Shown: positions 42,210 to 54,904, numbered from the whole stretch's first letter. The stretch is DNA of 63,072 nucleotides, filler included, from Stramenopiles sp. TOSAG23-3 (GCA_900128585.1; 12 parts of 12 records of this genome joined end to end with filler, not necessarily neighbours in it), one strand, 5' to 3'. Made by a program: numbers and translations. The notes: generated by a model from the letters alone, not told the origin.

Positions 42210-42530
42210 GAGTTCGTAGTATACAAAAAAAAAGAGCTTGCCAAGCATTACCAACGGGTCTCATGGGTCAAATTCAAAAGCAAATTTGTGAAACGTTACT
42301 CGCAATGGAAAGGTTTACAGGACCGTTATAACATGGAGTTCGACGGAGAGACTCGTAAAAGGCTGAAAGAAGACCTGGACGAGTTTACCCTCCCCCATTA
42401 TTCTTGGTTGGCCCCCGACTCAATCATGAAAGAAATGTCCTATCACGCCATTTCTCAGTGGCGCGAACTTTCCAGTCAAAAGCAAGCAGCCGTCACCAAA
42501 GAAGAAGAAGAGAAGGGGAATGGTAAATAA
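42210..42530 (+). CDS. Probable 3' exon or fragment of an unknown gene
   Basis: Protein-like frame EFVVYKKKELAKHYQRVSW...LPHYSWLAPDSIMKEMSYHAISQW... that begins after an in-frame TAA near the contig start. Confidence 0.45.
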   Translation, partial: EFVVYKKKELAKHYQRVSWVKFKSKFVKRYSQWKGLQDRYNMEFDGETRKRLKEDLDEFTLPHYSWLAPDSIMKEMSYHAISQWRELSSQKQAAVTKEEEEKGNGK

Positions 42531-43271
42531 CCCTAACATTAACACTAATATTCACCGTTTCAGCGAAGTAAAAAAACAAAACAAAAAAATGTTGTAGTGA
42601 ATTCTAGTTTAGATACTGTGATATATTCCTTTGTTGTTAATTGATGATGGATGGCCACCGAGACCCTAAATTCCATCGAATTATCCAATGTATATTCTAA
42701 TCCATCTATATATAGGAATAAATTGTACTTAGCTTCTTATCGCCCCAATTAATTGCGATGATGATGATGCAATGATGACGTATTTCAATAGGAAAAGTCT
42801 GGTTTTAAAATAATGTAAACTAACATTTAATTCTAAACCAATATAATGTTATTTTTATATAATAAATATGTTTAATTTAAGTGTAATAATAAAAAATGGT
42901 CAGAACCACAAACTTAAAGAAACAAGATTGTAAATTTTTTAATGCCGCTTCGAGGTATTAAATACATAGAAATAGCAGCTAAACTAACCCAAAAAAAAAG
43001 GGAAAAACGAAGGAGGAGGATGGATGGATGGATATTGACACTAACATCTACACATCATCATAATAGAAAAAAATCCACCAAGAGTAACACTAGAGTCACA
43101 CTTTTCACACTTTTTACTTCAATGACGTTTCATGTATGCGTGTGCTCGTTCAAACGAACAATGAAAAGATTGAAAGTGGAACGAACGGTGTTCCATTCTG
43201 AAGCTGGCTGTATCAAACAAAACAAAAATCTTATAAATTACTCAAACGATTACCAAAAGATACAACGAAAC

Positions 43272-44429
43272 ATGTCAACCTTTTTATTCACTTCTGAGTC
43301 CGTAAACGAAGGACACCCAGACAAGTTCTGTGACCGCGTCTCTGACGCAGTTTTGGACGCCTGCCTTGCCCAAGACCCGTACAGCAAAGTTGCTTGCGAA
43401 ACCTGCACCAAGACCGGCATGGTCATGATCTTCGGTGAAATCACCACCAAAGCTAAGGTTAACTACGAGCAAGTTATCCGTGACGCCATTAAATTCATTG
43501 GCTACGATGATAAAGAGAAAGGCTTCGACTACAAGGAATGCAGTGTTGTCGTTGCCATTGAAGAGCAGTCCCCAGACATTGCCCAAGGTGTACACGTCGG
43601 CAAAGCCGCCGAAGAGATCGGTGCCGGTGACCAGGGTATTATGTTCGGTTACGCCACCGACGAGACCGAGTCCATGATGCCATTCAGTCACGACGTTGCC
43701 CAGAAATTGGGAAAACGCTTGACCGACGTTCGCAAGGACGGCACCTTGGCCTGGGTACGCCCAGACGGGAAGACCCAGGTTACTGTTGAGTATCGCAACG
43801 ACAACGGAGCCATGGTCCCAGTCCGTGTCCACACCATTGTCATCAGTACCCAGCATAGCCCAGACGTGACCAACGAGCAGATCCAAGCCGACTTGAAGAA
43901 CGAGGTCATCAACAAGGTTGTCCCAGCCAAATTTTTGGACGACAAGACCATCTACCATTTGAACCCATCTGGAAAGTTCGTTATTGGCGGGCCACACGGC
44001 GACGCCGGTTTGACTGGCCGCAAGATCATCGTCGACACCTACGGAGGGTGGGGCGCCCACGGTGGAGGTGCTTTCTCCGGAAAGGACTCCAGTAAAGTCG
44101 ACCGCTCGGCCGCCTACGCCGCCCGCTGGGTAGCCAAGTCCTTGGTTGCCGCCGGCTTGGTACGCCGCTGCCTTGTCCAGCTCTCCTACGCCATTGGCGT
44201 TGCCGAACCACTTTCCTTGAACGTCGAAAGTTACGGCACCTGCAAGGAAGGCGTGGACGAAGCAAAACTGGTAGAAATTGTGAACAAGAACTTCGACCTT
44301 CGCCCAGGTTGCATCATTCGTGACCTTGAATTGACCAAGCCAAAGTTCATGGTAACCTCCGCCTACGGCCACTTCGGCCGCGACGAACCATCCTTCACCT
44401 GGGAAACCCCAAAAAAATTGGAATTGTAA
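43272..44429 (+). CDS. MAT: S-adenosylmethionine synthetase (canonical MAT type)
   Basis: [64 protein letters not shown] and AYGHFGR. The true ATG is at 43272. Strong codon bias. Confidence 0.99.
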   Translation: MSTFLFTSESVNEGHPDKFCDRVSDAVLDACLAQDPYSKVACETCTKTGMVMIFGEITTKAKVNYEQVIRDAIKFIGYDDKEKGFDYKECSVVVAIEEQSPDIAQGVHVGKAAEEIGAGDQGIMFGYATDETESMMPFSHDVAQKLGKRLTDVRKDGTLAWVRPDGKTQVTVEYRNDNGAMVPVRVHTIVISTQHSPDVTNEQIQADLKNEVINKVVPAKFLDDKTIYHLNPSGKFVIGGPHGDAGLTGRKIIVDTYGGWGAHGGGAFSGKDSSKVDRSAAYAARWVAKSLVAAGLVRRCLVQLSYAIGVAEPLSLNVESYGTCKEGVDEAKLVEIVNKNFDLRPGCIIRDLELTKPKFMVTSAYGHFGRDEPSFTWETPKKLEL

Positions 44430-44614
44430 TAAAAGTGTTGTGTGCAGGGGAAGCGTGCGCGTGAAATATACTTTTTTTTAAATTAGTTCTGTATTTATAA
44501 AACTTTCAACGTGAATGTAACAATAACACTATTTCTTTAGTAACAGTACCATTGATCGCATTTACGAGGCACGGCAAGCTTCACGTGCACTCTTCCTTCA
44601 ACTCCGCCAAGAAC

Positions 44615-46375
44615 TTAGTCCATCAGGCCGTCGTAAGACACGACGCTCTCCATGGCGTTGTCCATGACCCCCCCACCGGAAGAAAGCAGCGTTTCGCCGG
44701 CCCCGTCCAGCGCTGGCTCCCGCCGGTACTTCCTCGGTGTCAAGCATGGGCACCCAGTGCATGATTTTCCCAGGACCAAGAAATACGCCAACAACCAGCA
44801 CACGATGGCCCACGTCAGCCATAGCGTCGTCAGCGACATGGTCAGCCTTGGGTCGTGAAAACTGTCCGTAATTTTCCCGATCGCGATGGGGGACGGGACG
44901 TCCCCGAGTGCGTGGATGAACATGACGCTCAGCCCGATAGACATGGCCTGATTTTCCTTGGGCACCGCCCATAGCAGGACCCCATTCACGCCTGCGGTCG
45001 TGGTGAAAAGTAAGAAGCACCCTAACGCGATCCCTGCAAAAAATATGGGAGGCTTAGAGGACTGCACGGCAAGCACGCACACGGGCATCGCAATGAAAAT
45101 TTCGGCGGAGATCTGCAGCAGCGCGATCCGGCAGAGCTCCAAGCGCCTCGCGCTGCCGAGGGAGCTGACCTCCTCTGGGTTCACCGAGTCGGGCGCCGTT
45201 TTCCCTTTGAAATGATCTAAAATTTTCCCCCCCGCAACTGTCCCAAGAAGCCCCGTGGCCGCCACGATGCTGCCGAATATTTTGTCCGAGTCCAGCTGAG
45301 AGAAGTTCCACTCGTTGACGCAGTGGTCGGACGGGTCAGGGTGAATGCCACACGGGTTGTTTGTCTGCAGAAACTTTGGGGCGTAAAATGCGAACCCTGC
45401 CACCGTGGCTGTGTACGCGGCGTAGCCAAAACAGACACACAGGTAGATTGGGTTCGCAAGGAGCGATCGGATCTCTTGCCAGGCGCCCTTCACGGCCGGC
45501 TCGTCCTCCCCAACCATCATTTCCAGCGATTCGTCGCTGTCCGCGGATTGGGCCGCCTCGGGGCGAACGTCCACCGCGGGTTTCGGGTTACCGGTCAAGT
45601 TCAGGAAGAGAAAGGCAAAGGGCAGCATTAACGGTACTTCGAACAGAAACGCCCACTTCCAACTGTACAGTCTGGATATAAGTCCCCCCCATATAAACCC
45701 GAGGGCAGTACCGACCGGGATGGCACTAAAGTAGATGGCAAGGTACAGGCCAATGGACCTGCGCTCCACGACCTCATCCAAAATGGGAACCGAAATGGTG
45801 GCAAACGACGCTTCCCCGACGCCGCTGAGTATTCGCGCAAAGACCAACAGGTAAAAGGCACTGCATTGCTCCTCGCTCGGGTTGGCCATCGCCGCCTGCT
45901 GTGACTCGCACAAAATTCCGGACAAACCGCAGAGCAAAACGGCGAGGGTCCAGATCAGCAGGCCGACGCCCATGAGGCGAAACTTTGAAAAACGGTGCAC
46001 GGCGTTGCCAAAGAACAGTGCCGCCAAGGAGTACCCGATCATGAACGAGGCCTGGACCATACCTAGCTTTGTAGTGCCGATGGCAAACCCAAGCTGGCGA
46101 ATTTCATGGCTCTTTTCGTCGCACTGGTCCCCGCACGTCGCGACTGACTCGCAGTGGTGGCCGCACAGTGGGCACCGAACGCACCAGTCGGACGGCAAGG
46201 TCTGGTTCTTCACCAGCTTGGGGCAGTACTTCTGTTCGTCGTACACGCAGCCCTGAATGGACGTTCCGGCCCCAGGAATGATCCCCCGGTCGACATAATT
46301 AATAAAGTTAACAACGGTGAACAAAAATAGTGCAGTCTTTGGGGTCAATATTTTCTTGGCATCGCACGCAGGCAT
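44615..46375 (-). CDS. Spinster-family MFS transporter
   Basis: VNFINYVDRGII, ARILSGVGEASF, AIPVGTALGFIWGG and IHALGDVPSP. About 12 TM helices. Confidence 0.92.
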   Translation of the reverse strand: MPACDAKKILTPKTALFLFTVVNFINYVDRGIIPGAGTSIQGCVYDEQKYCPKLVKNQTLPSDWCVRCPLCGHHCESVATCGDQCDEKSHEIRQLGFAIGTTKLGMVQASFMIGYSLAALFFGNAVHRFSKFRLMGVGLLIWTLAVLLCGLSGILCESQQAAMANPSEEQCSAFYLLVFARILSGVGEASFATISVPILDEVVERRSIGLYLAIYFSAIPVGTALGFIWGGLISRLYSWKWAFLFEVPLMLPFAFLFLNLTGNPKPAVDVRPEAAQSADSDESLEMMVGEDEPAVKGAWQEIRSLLANPIYLCVCFGYAAYTATVAGFAFYAPKFLQTNNPCGIHPDPSDHCVNEWNFSQLDSDKIFGSIVAATGLLGTVAGGKILDHFKGKTAPDSVNPEEVSSLGSARRLELCRIALLQISAEIFIAMPVCVLAVQSSKPPIFFAGIALGCFLLFTTTAGVNGVLLWAVPKENQAMSIGLSVMFIHALGDVPSPIAIGKITDSFHDPRLTMSLTTLWLTWAIVCWLLAYFLVLGKSCTGCPCLTPRKYRREPALDGAGETLLSSGGGVMDNAMESVVSYDGLMD

Positions 46376-47413
46376 GTTGTTGCCGCTTCGACAAGATAGC
46401 CTCGACCGCTATTCCAACAACCAGACTATACAGAGGTGTCCTTCTTACCTTTTATTCTTCCCCACTCAATAGAACCAATAACGTGCACGAAGAAGAGGGA
46501 ACGGGGATAGATAGAAAGAAAGAAAAGAAGGAAAGTAAAACAGTCAACGGTTAAACTGCTTGTTCAACTCCTTTGCAATATGTCACGCGTACTTTTTCGC
46601 TTATTGGCCTCTGCAATGGAAAATAAAATAATAGGAAACGTAGGTGTCTTTTTTTTTTGTACCTTCTTCAACTTGAAACAAGACATATTTATAATAATAA
46701 ATAATAATAATAAATAATTAGAAGAAAAGAAGAAGAAGAAGATGAAAGAAATTATTTTTTTTATATTAATAGTTGTATTTTTTTATTATACTACCCTGGT
46801 ATGACTTTAGATTATAATAACAACGACTAAAATTAATATTTTATTTGAAAAAAGTCAGTCCTCCCGCGATGATGATTTTTTTAAAAACTATTATTATTAA
46901 TAATAAAATTATTGTTATTTTCTCCTCTCTCTTCTTCTTTCTCGTATAATAATTCCTTGTCCTATTAAATACTACTACTTTAATAGTACAATAAAATAAT
47001 TATAAAAACAGAAATTTGTCAGCGATAATACCGTAATGTATTATAATCAAATTTGTTTTCTTCTTCTTTCTTCTTTCTTCTTTCTTCTTCTTCTTCGCTC
47101 GTCGTCGTCGGTGAGATGATTATTTATTATTAAATAACAGCCAATTTTTTCTTGTTTAATATTTATTATTATTAATATTATTATTATAAATATTATTATT
47201 ATTATTAATAATAGACTAATAATAATATTAATCTTCAGGAACAATTTCCTACGCAAAAAGTAGGAAATTTCATATATAATGGTGTGTATATGTACATGAT
47301 AATATACATATACNNNNNNNNNNNNNNNNNNNNNNNNNNNNNNNNNNNNNNNNNNNNTTAATTAATTAANNNNNNNNNNNNNNNNNNNNNNNNNNNNNNN
47401 NNNNNNNNNNNNN

Positions 47414-50400
47414 AAAGAAGGACAAAAAGAAGGACAAAAAGAAAGGCAAGAAGAAGCAAGGCATAACGCCGTCCTCTTCAAAAGCCAGTTTGAACGGGGA
47501 CGAACCGAAGAAAGTCGTTAACGCCCCGGTAGACGCTCTGCAACGGACGCGACCGTTCGATTTGACACCAGAGGCCATCACCGAGCTGGCGAATTGTGCC
47601 TTGGCGATCGATCTGTTCTGCGGAAGTTCGCAGGACGCGGGCGAGGACCAACTTGTGGGGACAGGGTACGTTCACGATTTTGTTGACTCGCTGCACTCCG
47701 CGTGGCCTGAACCAATCGATGGCTTGGTCAAAATTAACGGCGATGCGTGCGGATTGTCCGCCCCAACCGTTACAGTGCAGGTTGTCCCAAGCGGAAGCCT
47801 TTCGACCTACCTTCGTGGGTCGCAGCTATTAAATGTTCACGTTGGCAAAGTCTCCAACGTCAACCTAGAGTGGCTGTGGAAGGAGAATCCAGACATGGTC
47901 ACAGGGGACGAAGAGGAGGCCGCATCGGCGGCCTTGAAAAAGGGCGGGAAAGGCAAGAGCGGCAAGGCAGCAAACGAGATCGAACCGTTTTGGACCGTTC
48001 CTACGTACTCGCTGTCCCTGAAGTTCTACAACGGCGTGGTAATGAGTGTACATAATGGAAAAGTCGACGGTGCGGCGCGAAAGCTTTGGAGTGACAAGTT
48101 AGACATAAGCCACGACGACCCAGAGGTAAAAGCAATTCCCGCCGATGCCTACGAAACGTGCCGAGACGTCGGATTCATCGCGTTTCCCGAAACGATGCCA
48201 AAGGACGTCGAAAGCATCGTAGAGCTAGGGAGCAGAACGTCCACCAGCGTGTTCTTTCCAAAGGAGGTCGTGGATGAAATCCGAGCGTCGGGCGACAGCG
48301 CCCTGACAACGGTGCATTTTGAACTCGCACGGTACATCCAGAAGGGGTACCCGGACTCGTTCGATATGGGCAAAATGTGCCCAAACACGGTCAGTGAACA
48401 GTCAACGTCGGAGACAGTGGGCTTTGAGGGCGTGGTGGAGATATACAAAGGGGCAATTAGCATAGACCAGCTCACGGAACCCGGTACCGTCGACAAAGTG
48501 TTCAAAGCGGAGGAAGGGACCGCTTTGTCGCTGCACAAGGCATTGCACTACAGTCCAGAGGGTAAGGCATGGCTCGACAGCGCAAACAGTGAGGAAATCA
48601 CCAAGGACAGGAACAACTTACAGAGCGCATCGGAACGGCGAAGAAAACGAGCTGCCGAAAAAGCCCGCTTGGACCCTGAGTATTACGAGTACGACAGCGA
48701 GGGAGAGAGGAACGACATTGAGATGGAGACCAGCGCAAATCAGGGGCTGTACAGTCAGCTGTTCCTTCCGTACGAAAACGGCGATCGCCCGATTCCGACG
48801 GTGTCCGTTACCGTCTCTATTTCTCGCCCCTTCGTGGTGAAGCATGGGTCAAAGGTTGAAAGCCAACCATCTGCGGTCGCGAAGGATGAGAACGCTAGGA
48901 ATTTTCTTGTAGACGCCGCGAACCGGGAAAGTGCAGAGATTGAGAAAGTGTCAAAGCTCGTCACGGCCTTGGGAGGGCTGGTCCTCCAAGGCCTGGGGCA
49001 TGAAGCGCAGGAAATGCTAGACTCAAATGACCCGAACCATGCCATTACCCTGTCGAATAAGTTCGAAAGCAAGGTTCAGTACAACGTGTTGCGTAAGCAG
49101 TTAAAATCAAACATGCTTCGCCTTGTGCACGAACGAGTCGCAAAGCTGAAAGGCACCTCCTGGCAGCCCGGAAAAGAGGAGATGAGGGCACTGTTAAATA
49201 GTATCAAACTCTCCGTAGAAGCGCAAATATCCACCAATGTGCTCGGGCAACCAAAACAGAAACCGAGGGGTCACAGTTACATACCCATGGACGTCCGCAT
49301 CGAGCGGGCGCGGCTGGGGGCATGGGAGGCAGAGGCGTGCAAGGAAACAAGGCGAGCGGCCATTTTCCACGATCGCCTCGTCAATTTAGCTAGAACGGTT
49401 CAAGACGACAACAAGACCCTTGCGATTGCCTGGAACAATTACGCATGTTTTTACGCCCGTGGCGGAAATTTTAATTACGCCCTTTCCTGCGTCGACAATG
49501 CAATCAGCGCGAACCCATCGCTGCGGTCTCCGTACTTGGTGGCGGGGTCTATACGAATCGAGCAAGGGCGGTACGAGGACGCACTAAAATTGCTGGCCCA
49601 GGGTGAACGGATACCTGAGGACAGGGCCGTTAACCCGTATTTTGAAGGGTACACAGAGGAAAAGGAAGACATAGAAGACCTTGAAGTGTGCAGGTCGCTG
49701 CAGGCGTTCGTGTACCGTAAAATAAAAGACGACGATCGGTGTATTCTGAGTATTAATCGGATAGGGAATGGTGACTATAACGTGGATAAAGAGGAGGCAT
49801 TAGACAAGGGCCTTGCAAGCCGGGAGTGGGGCTTAGAATCACCTGACCCCGCCGTCATTGTCGACGTGTTCTCTGTCGCCGCGACTTACTTGGTGGAGCT
49901 GCACCTTGGTCGTGGTGCAAACATTGCGTTGCAGCTTGCAGACGTAGAGGAACGGTTTCCTTCTAGCGACGAGATTGACTCGTACAAAGGCGTGTACGGA
50001 AATAGGAAAACCCGTTACGAAACGAAGCGGAAAATGATCCATTCCCGCAAAGAGGGTCTGATTTCCATGTGGGCAACCCAATTAATTCTTCGGGAAGTAA
50101 CCCGTTGGCCTAAACATGTCGAAGACGATGTGAAGGAATCCGAAGAGACTGTCGAACTTCTGTACGATCCCGAAGAATTCTTCGTCATGTCGGAATTTCA
50201 AAGAATGCACTACAACGTGCTCTGTGGCCGTTGTATAAATGTAGGCAAGGCAGCGACATCCAGTGTACAACTTGACGACACCGAAACGACAGCGACGCTT
50301 GCCGCGTACGAAGCGGTGCAAAACTTGTTCCAGCAAGTGATTGAAAAGGCGGAGAAAGCAAAAGACACCGTTGATATTTTGATTCAATCTCATCTTTACC

Positions 50401-50930
50401 TTGCAAAGGCACACTCTAACATGAACAATTTGAACAAAGCAACCGCATCGATAGAGGAAGCGTTGCGGATAGCGGGGGGCGCGCAAAATTTATTCTTTAA
50501 TGACCCAGCGGCTCTGTATTTGTTCGGAACCAACGCCGAGAACGCAGGCAAATGGACCATCGCCCGCTCCGCGTACCAGAATCTAGTGAAGGAGGACCCC
50601 CGGTTGGTCACCGCGAGGAGAAAACTTGGCTATACAAACATAAGAATTGGTGACCTTACCAAAGCCTCGAACAGTTTATGTAGCGCTGTGACGATCGATT
50701 CGACTGACTCCACGTCTTGGTTTCTACTTGCGAAGGTTTATATGCTGATCGAAGATGTTACCGCTGCCAATGCGGCCTTGGACCGAGCGCTGGCAAACGA
50801 AAGCAATTGTTTTGATTACGATTTGCTCGATGGGGTAAAAGAGCTGTACAAAGGTGTGAAAGGGGGGCACGTTCAAAGGCGGTTGATCGAGGAAAGGCTG
50901 AAGTTGGTGTCGGCGAGTCAAGAGATATGA
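47414..50930 (+). CDS. CFAP70: 5'-partial TPR protein, CFAP70/TTC18-like
   Basis: Open from the gap. Segments ISIDQLTEPG, VSISRPFV, YNVLRKQLKSNMLRLVHER and AWEAE...AAIFHDRLV, then two TPR clusters. The order resembles CFAP70 as recalled. Confidence 0.65.
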
Positions 50931-50963
50931 GTTGAAATGCACGCGTAGTTTTAAAACTTACAG

Positions 50964-51073
50964 TCTTTATCCTTGATCTTAAACGTATGATATGTATAAT
51001 GTTAAAACATACTATACATTTTGGTTTTTTTGTATAATGTTAATCTTAAATAATAGCCAATTTTCTTGTTTTT
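50964..51073. repeat. Copy of the dispersed AT-rich element between convergent genes
   Basis: TTAAAACATACTATA at 51002-51016 and minus-strand AAAAACAAGAAAATTGGCTATT at 51052-51073. Confidence 0.85.
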
Positions 51074-51132
51074 AATGTTAATCTTTAAACTTATGATCAT
51101 AAAATATCAGTATGATAGCTTAATAATTCTTC

Positions 51133-52568
51133 TTACCAGAAACTGTTTTGTAATTGGCTGCCCAATCTTGAGGCAGTGTTCATAACATTCACTTCATTGT
51201 TCCGAAGCTGCTGCTTCTTCTTTCTCTCAAGTATTTGTTGCTGCAAATTGTCAATTGTATGGTCATCGTCGTCGTCATCCCCATCGTCCTTGCCGCCGTT
51301 GTCATCCCCGTCGCCTTGCGGCCCGTCTGTACCAGAGCCTCCTCCCCTAGCAGATGACTCTGGCGTAGCATTTGCATCACCATCGGGCTTAGTAGTTTTC
51401 TCAGCAGACTTTTCCCCACCTCCAAAAATTTCTGATATAGAATCAGGGTCTTTCAACATACCCTCTGCTTTCGGTTCAAGAATGGTGGAAGTAGAAGTCT
51501 TGCTTGCGAACAGCGATCGGATAGATACAGGATCTTTTAATTGAGGGAGAGAAGGTGAAGACGAAGGCTCGGTTTCCGGCTTCGGCGCTAGGGCGGGTTT
51601 TGCACGTTTGCCGTTGGCAAAAAGCTGCTTCAGAATCTTTAACAAGAACTGTACGTCATTTGTTAGATCTTTCATATACGAAAATGCATCACCGATTCTA
51701 GGATATTTGGAGTCCATGTTCTCAACAGACTCTTGTAAGGCATTGGTTTCTTTCACTTGGTTAAATACTTTTTCGGCTGTCCCCATTAAACTATCGCAAA
51801 AACGTTGCTTCTCCTTTATTGCCATTTCGGTTCCGGGGTTCTCCGTCTTCTTTTGAATATTTAGGAGTAAACCGTAATGGGCAGCCGGGTAATTCCATTT
51901 CTCCCTTTTCCTGTGTTTTGAGTTTTGCTTGTGTTTGGTCATTGAATTTCCATAAACTGTCAGTGAAGATAGCGTATAGGCAGACAAGTGCCGTGCAAGA
52001 AACTTATCTGGGGAGCATGATCCATACGACGATTTTCCTTGAAACACGTTTGCGATCATATTATGTGTTGCATCGAACGTACAGTCACTGTAGGCTGTCA
52101 AATCTTTCAAATCTACAAACTTAGGAAAGCACGTTCGAATGCCTTCTTTCCCATAGTAATCGAAATTCCCAGTAAGCACAACATTTTTCCGCTTTGCTAG
52201 ATGCTTCCCCAAAAGCTCGCACAACCCTTGGTCAGCCTTCTTTTCAGAATTGAACTTGCTTTGTCGAGTAATGGTATGGAGACCGACGAGGGTAATTTTT
52301 CTAATACTTTCCAACTGAAACATGCCTGTACGGGCGTTTTTGTCTGTCGAGCAGGTGATGGACAAAAACGATTGCAACGGGGCGTTTCCACGGTGCAGTG
52401 GCTCGTAATAAAAGGCAGGCTTGCATGTAATGTGTTTTTTTCGCGCGACTACAATGAAGCCTTGATGGGAAAAATGATAGTGCCCAGAAAAGTACTGGTG
52501 CGTAACCAGTGATTCGAAAAATCCCCCGGGCGACCCCAGAGCATGCCCATGAAGAATTACTACGTCAG
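51133..52568 (-). CDS. 5'-partial degenerate EEP (TDP2-like endonuclease/exonuclease/phosphatase) domain protein with an acidic disordered tail
   Basis: Open to the gap. The motif order DVVILHG, LVGLH, VVLTGNFD, TFDATHN, PDKFL, YPAAHYGL parallels EEP DxxxLQE, H, GDxN, TFD, DR and SDH. Confidence 0.6.
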
Positions 52569-52896
52569 NNNNNNNNNNNNNNNNNNNNNNNNNNNNNNNN
52601 NNNNNNNNNNNNTTAATTAATTAANNNNNNNNNNNNNNNNNNNNNNNNNNNNNNNNNNNNNNNNNNNNCTTCTTCTTCTTCTTCTTCTTCTTCTTCTTCT
52701 TCTTCTTCTTCTTTTTTTATCTTTTTTTTTCTTTTTTCTGTTGTGATTGGATAAAAGATATATAAGTAATTAAATTTAGCTTCCATAATATATTTAGCGT
52801 CCTCATACCCTAATCCTAACTTGGTTCCGTAGTTTTGTTTCATTGTTGGAGCTATATATAGACGACTAGTAGCTATTATATTAAACTATCTTTTGG

Positions 52897-54114
52897 CTAC
52901 CACCAATGACCGGAACGCAGAAGCTGTGGCTGGGGATTTCCGTAAAACTGATTGTTTGCATTCCCTTGGGGGACGACACTACCCTGGGGTCGGAGAACGG
53001 GGGCAGAGTGGGGGGAGTGAAAGGGTGAATAGAATGATCCATGCGGAGAGCCCCATTCGGGTGGGTTCGCAGACCACCATGGCGGCGGATCAGACCACCA
53101 ATTGACCGAATCGCCTTCGGCGCCCTTCTTGTCTTTTTTCTCCTCCTTTGGTTTTTCCTGTTTCGGCAAGCTCGAGCCGTCTTCCATAGGCGCTAGGTCA
53201 GGGCCGCCGTTGGTTCCTGTGTCTTTTGCGTCCCCTTCTTTCGCGCCTTCTTTGTCCTTGACCTCGCCAGGTACACCGTTGTCCTGGTCGTCTGGGTCTA
53301 CTTCTTTGCCTTTCGAGGAACCACCTTCTGCTTTCTCGGACCCATGCCAACAGCTGCTGGTGAACCTTCGCGCCTGGTAAGCCGACCCGCCATACGACCC
53401 GGACTTCTTACTGATTATGACGCCCCTATCTCCCTTCTCCTCATAAGCCCAAAAACTGCCCCCCGGTGTACTGTCCCACCCTGCAAATACGATCACGTGG
53501 GCCCCAGGTTTGTTCAAAATATCCCCTGGTTGCATTTCTTCACGTTCAATACCGTATGTTTTTGAATTAAGCGTGCGTGTCGTTTCCCCTGGCGTTCTCA
53601 AACCAAGCATTGCCGAAGTTATTCCGGAACAGTCCCTTCGGAACCCCCCTACGGGTGCGCCTTTGTAGAAGAACTTAGACCCTGGATGGTTCATGGTGTA
53701 CACGACGTTCGGGCGGTCGCAGTGGTTCGTCTGATAGCACGCGGTCCTTGCACCGTCCCTGCATCTCTTGTAGTCGCTGTAGCTTTTGAGTTGGTGCCCG
53801 CCACCGTAACGGCAGTCCGTCACGTCTGAACCACAGTTATAATTGTGCCAACTATCCCCAACCGCTTTGATTGTCGACCAGCGCCGGCACCCGGGCGTGT
53901 TCGGTTCTACTGGCGGTGTTGGGATAGGGGCCCGGCCACCCCCGCAGTAACAACTTCCCCCACACTTGCCACTGCCTTGTAACGTTGCGTTTAGTGAAGT
54001 CTTGTGACGCAGCCCGCCCTTGCCGTTAGCGGCCAGGCTGTGGGCGACCGAGGGCGTGAAATACCTACTAAAGTGCAAGGCAACCAGCACGGGAAAGAGG
54101 CGAACGAGCCTCAT
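52897..54114 (-). CDS. Secreted NlpC/P60-family cysteine peptidase (putative peptidoglycan hydrolase)
   Basis: Signal peptide, then FRRDCSGITSAMLGL (Cys), MQPGDIL, GAHVIVFAGW (His) and WAYEE (Glu). Confidence 0.85.
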   Translation of the reverse strand: MRLVRLFPVLVALHFSRYFTPSVAHSLAANGKGGLRHKTSLNATLQGSGKCGGSCYCGGGRAPIPTPPVEPNTPGCRRWSTIKAVGDSWHNYNCGSDVTDCRYGGGHQLKSYSDYKRCRDGARTACYQTNHCDRPNVVYTMNHPGSKFFYKGAPVGGFRRDCSGITSAMLGLRTPGETTRTLNSKTYGIEREEMQPGDILNKPGAHVIVFAGWDSTPGGSFWAYEEKGDRGVIISKKSGSYGGSAYQARRFTSSCWHGSEKAEGGSSKGKEVDPDDQDNGVPGEVKDKEGAKEGDAKDTGTNGGPDLAPMEDGSSLPKQEKPKEEKKDKKGAEGDSVNWWSDPPPWWSANPPEWGSPHGSFYSPFHSPHSAPVLRPQGSVVPQGNANNQFYGNPQPQLLRSGHWW

Positions 54115-54904
54115 CTAGCACTTGCCTTAAGGAGGTACCACGACCGAACTATTCTCTACAAAAATACAAACAGACCAGAGTTTTGTGGCTGCGCAGTCTC
54201 GATTGCAAACACGACTGTTATTTTTCAAGGGCAATTGACTTCCTCGCCCATTTCTCTTCTTGCAGTAAACAATCGCCTGCATACATTGCTGAACAGACTT
54301 GACTAGTTGGTATACTTACTACGAGAGAAAGAATCGGCCAAAGACGATGAGATATGATGATGGATGATGTTGTTGATTGTACCGTACCACCTTCTTCGTT
54401 CTCTCTTCTCTCTCTCTTTCCGTCTCCCCCTCTTTCATGCTTTTCTCGACGACTACTACGAGTACCAGTACTTCAAGCAGCCAAAAACGCTTCTTTGCTT
54501 CGCAAATTAAGGATATGATGTCTACGAGAACACTTTTTTGTCGCTTCTTCGCACGCAGTTTTATTCGTAGTAATATATTATGTTCCAGGAAGTGATATAT
54601 ATGGGATGTCAAAAAGTATGCACCTTAACTATCGAAGAGAGGGGCGTAAAATCCGCTTCGGGTTCCTCCCCCCCCCCCCCCTTTCTCTTTTTATCCCGGT
54701 TTTCTGTCAAGGCATCGTCAAACAATTAGTACTTAAACACTTATAATTGTCCATTATTATACAATTACATAATGCGATGAATTAAGGTTTTTAATATATT
54801 CAAATAAAATAGTGCTGTATTTATAAATAGTAGAGAGAGCAAAACAACAACAACGAAAACAAGAGAAGTAAGAGAGAATTGTTTGAAAAAATAAGGACAT
54901 GTCG

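Noticed and set aside
42942..43271. 110-aa N-terminal extension of SAM synthetase
   Set aside because: AT-rich spacer-like sequence; the conserved protein starts at ATG 43272 ([10 protein letters not shown]).
43284..44372. 362-aa antisense ORF over SAM synthetase (likewise 8586-9542 over PDH)
   Set aside because: Expected from the strong codon bias of highly expressed genes.
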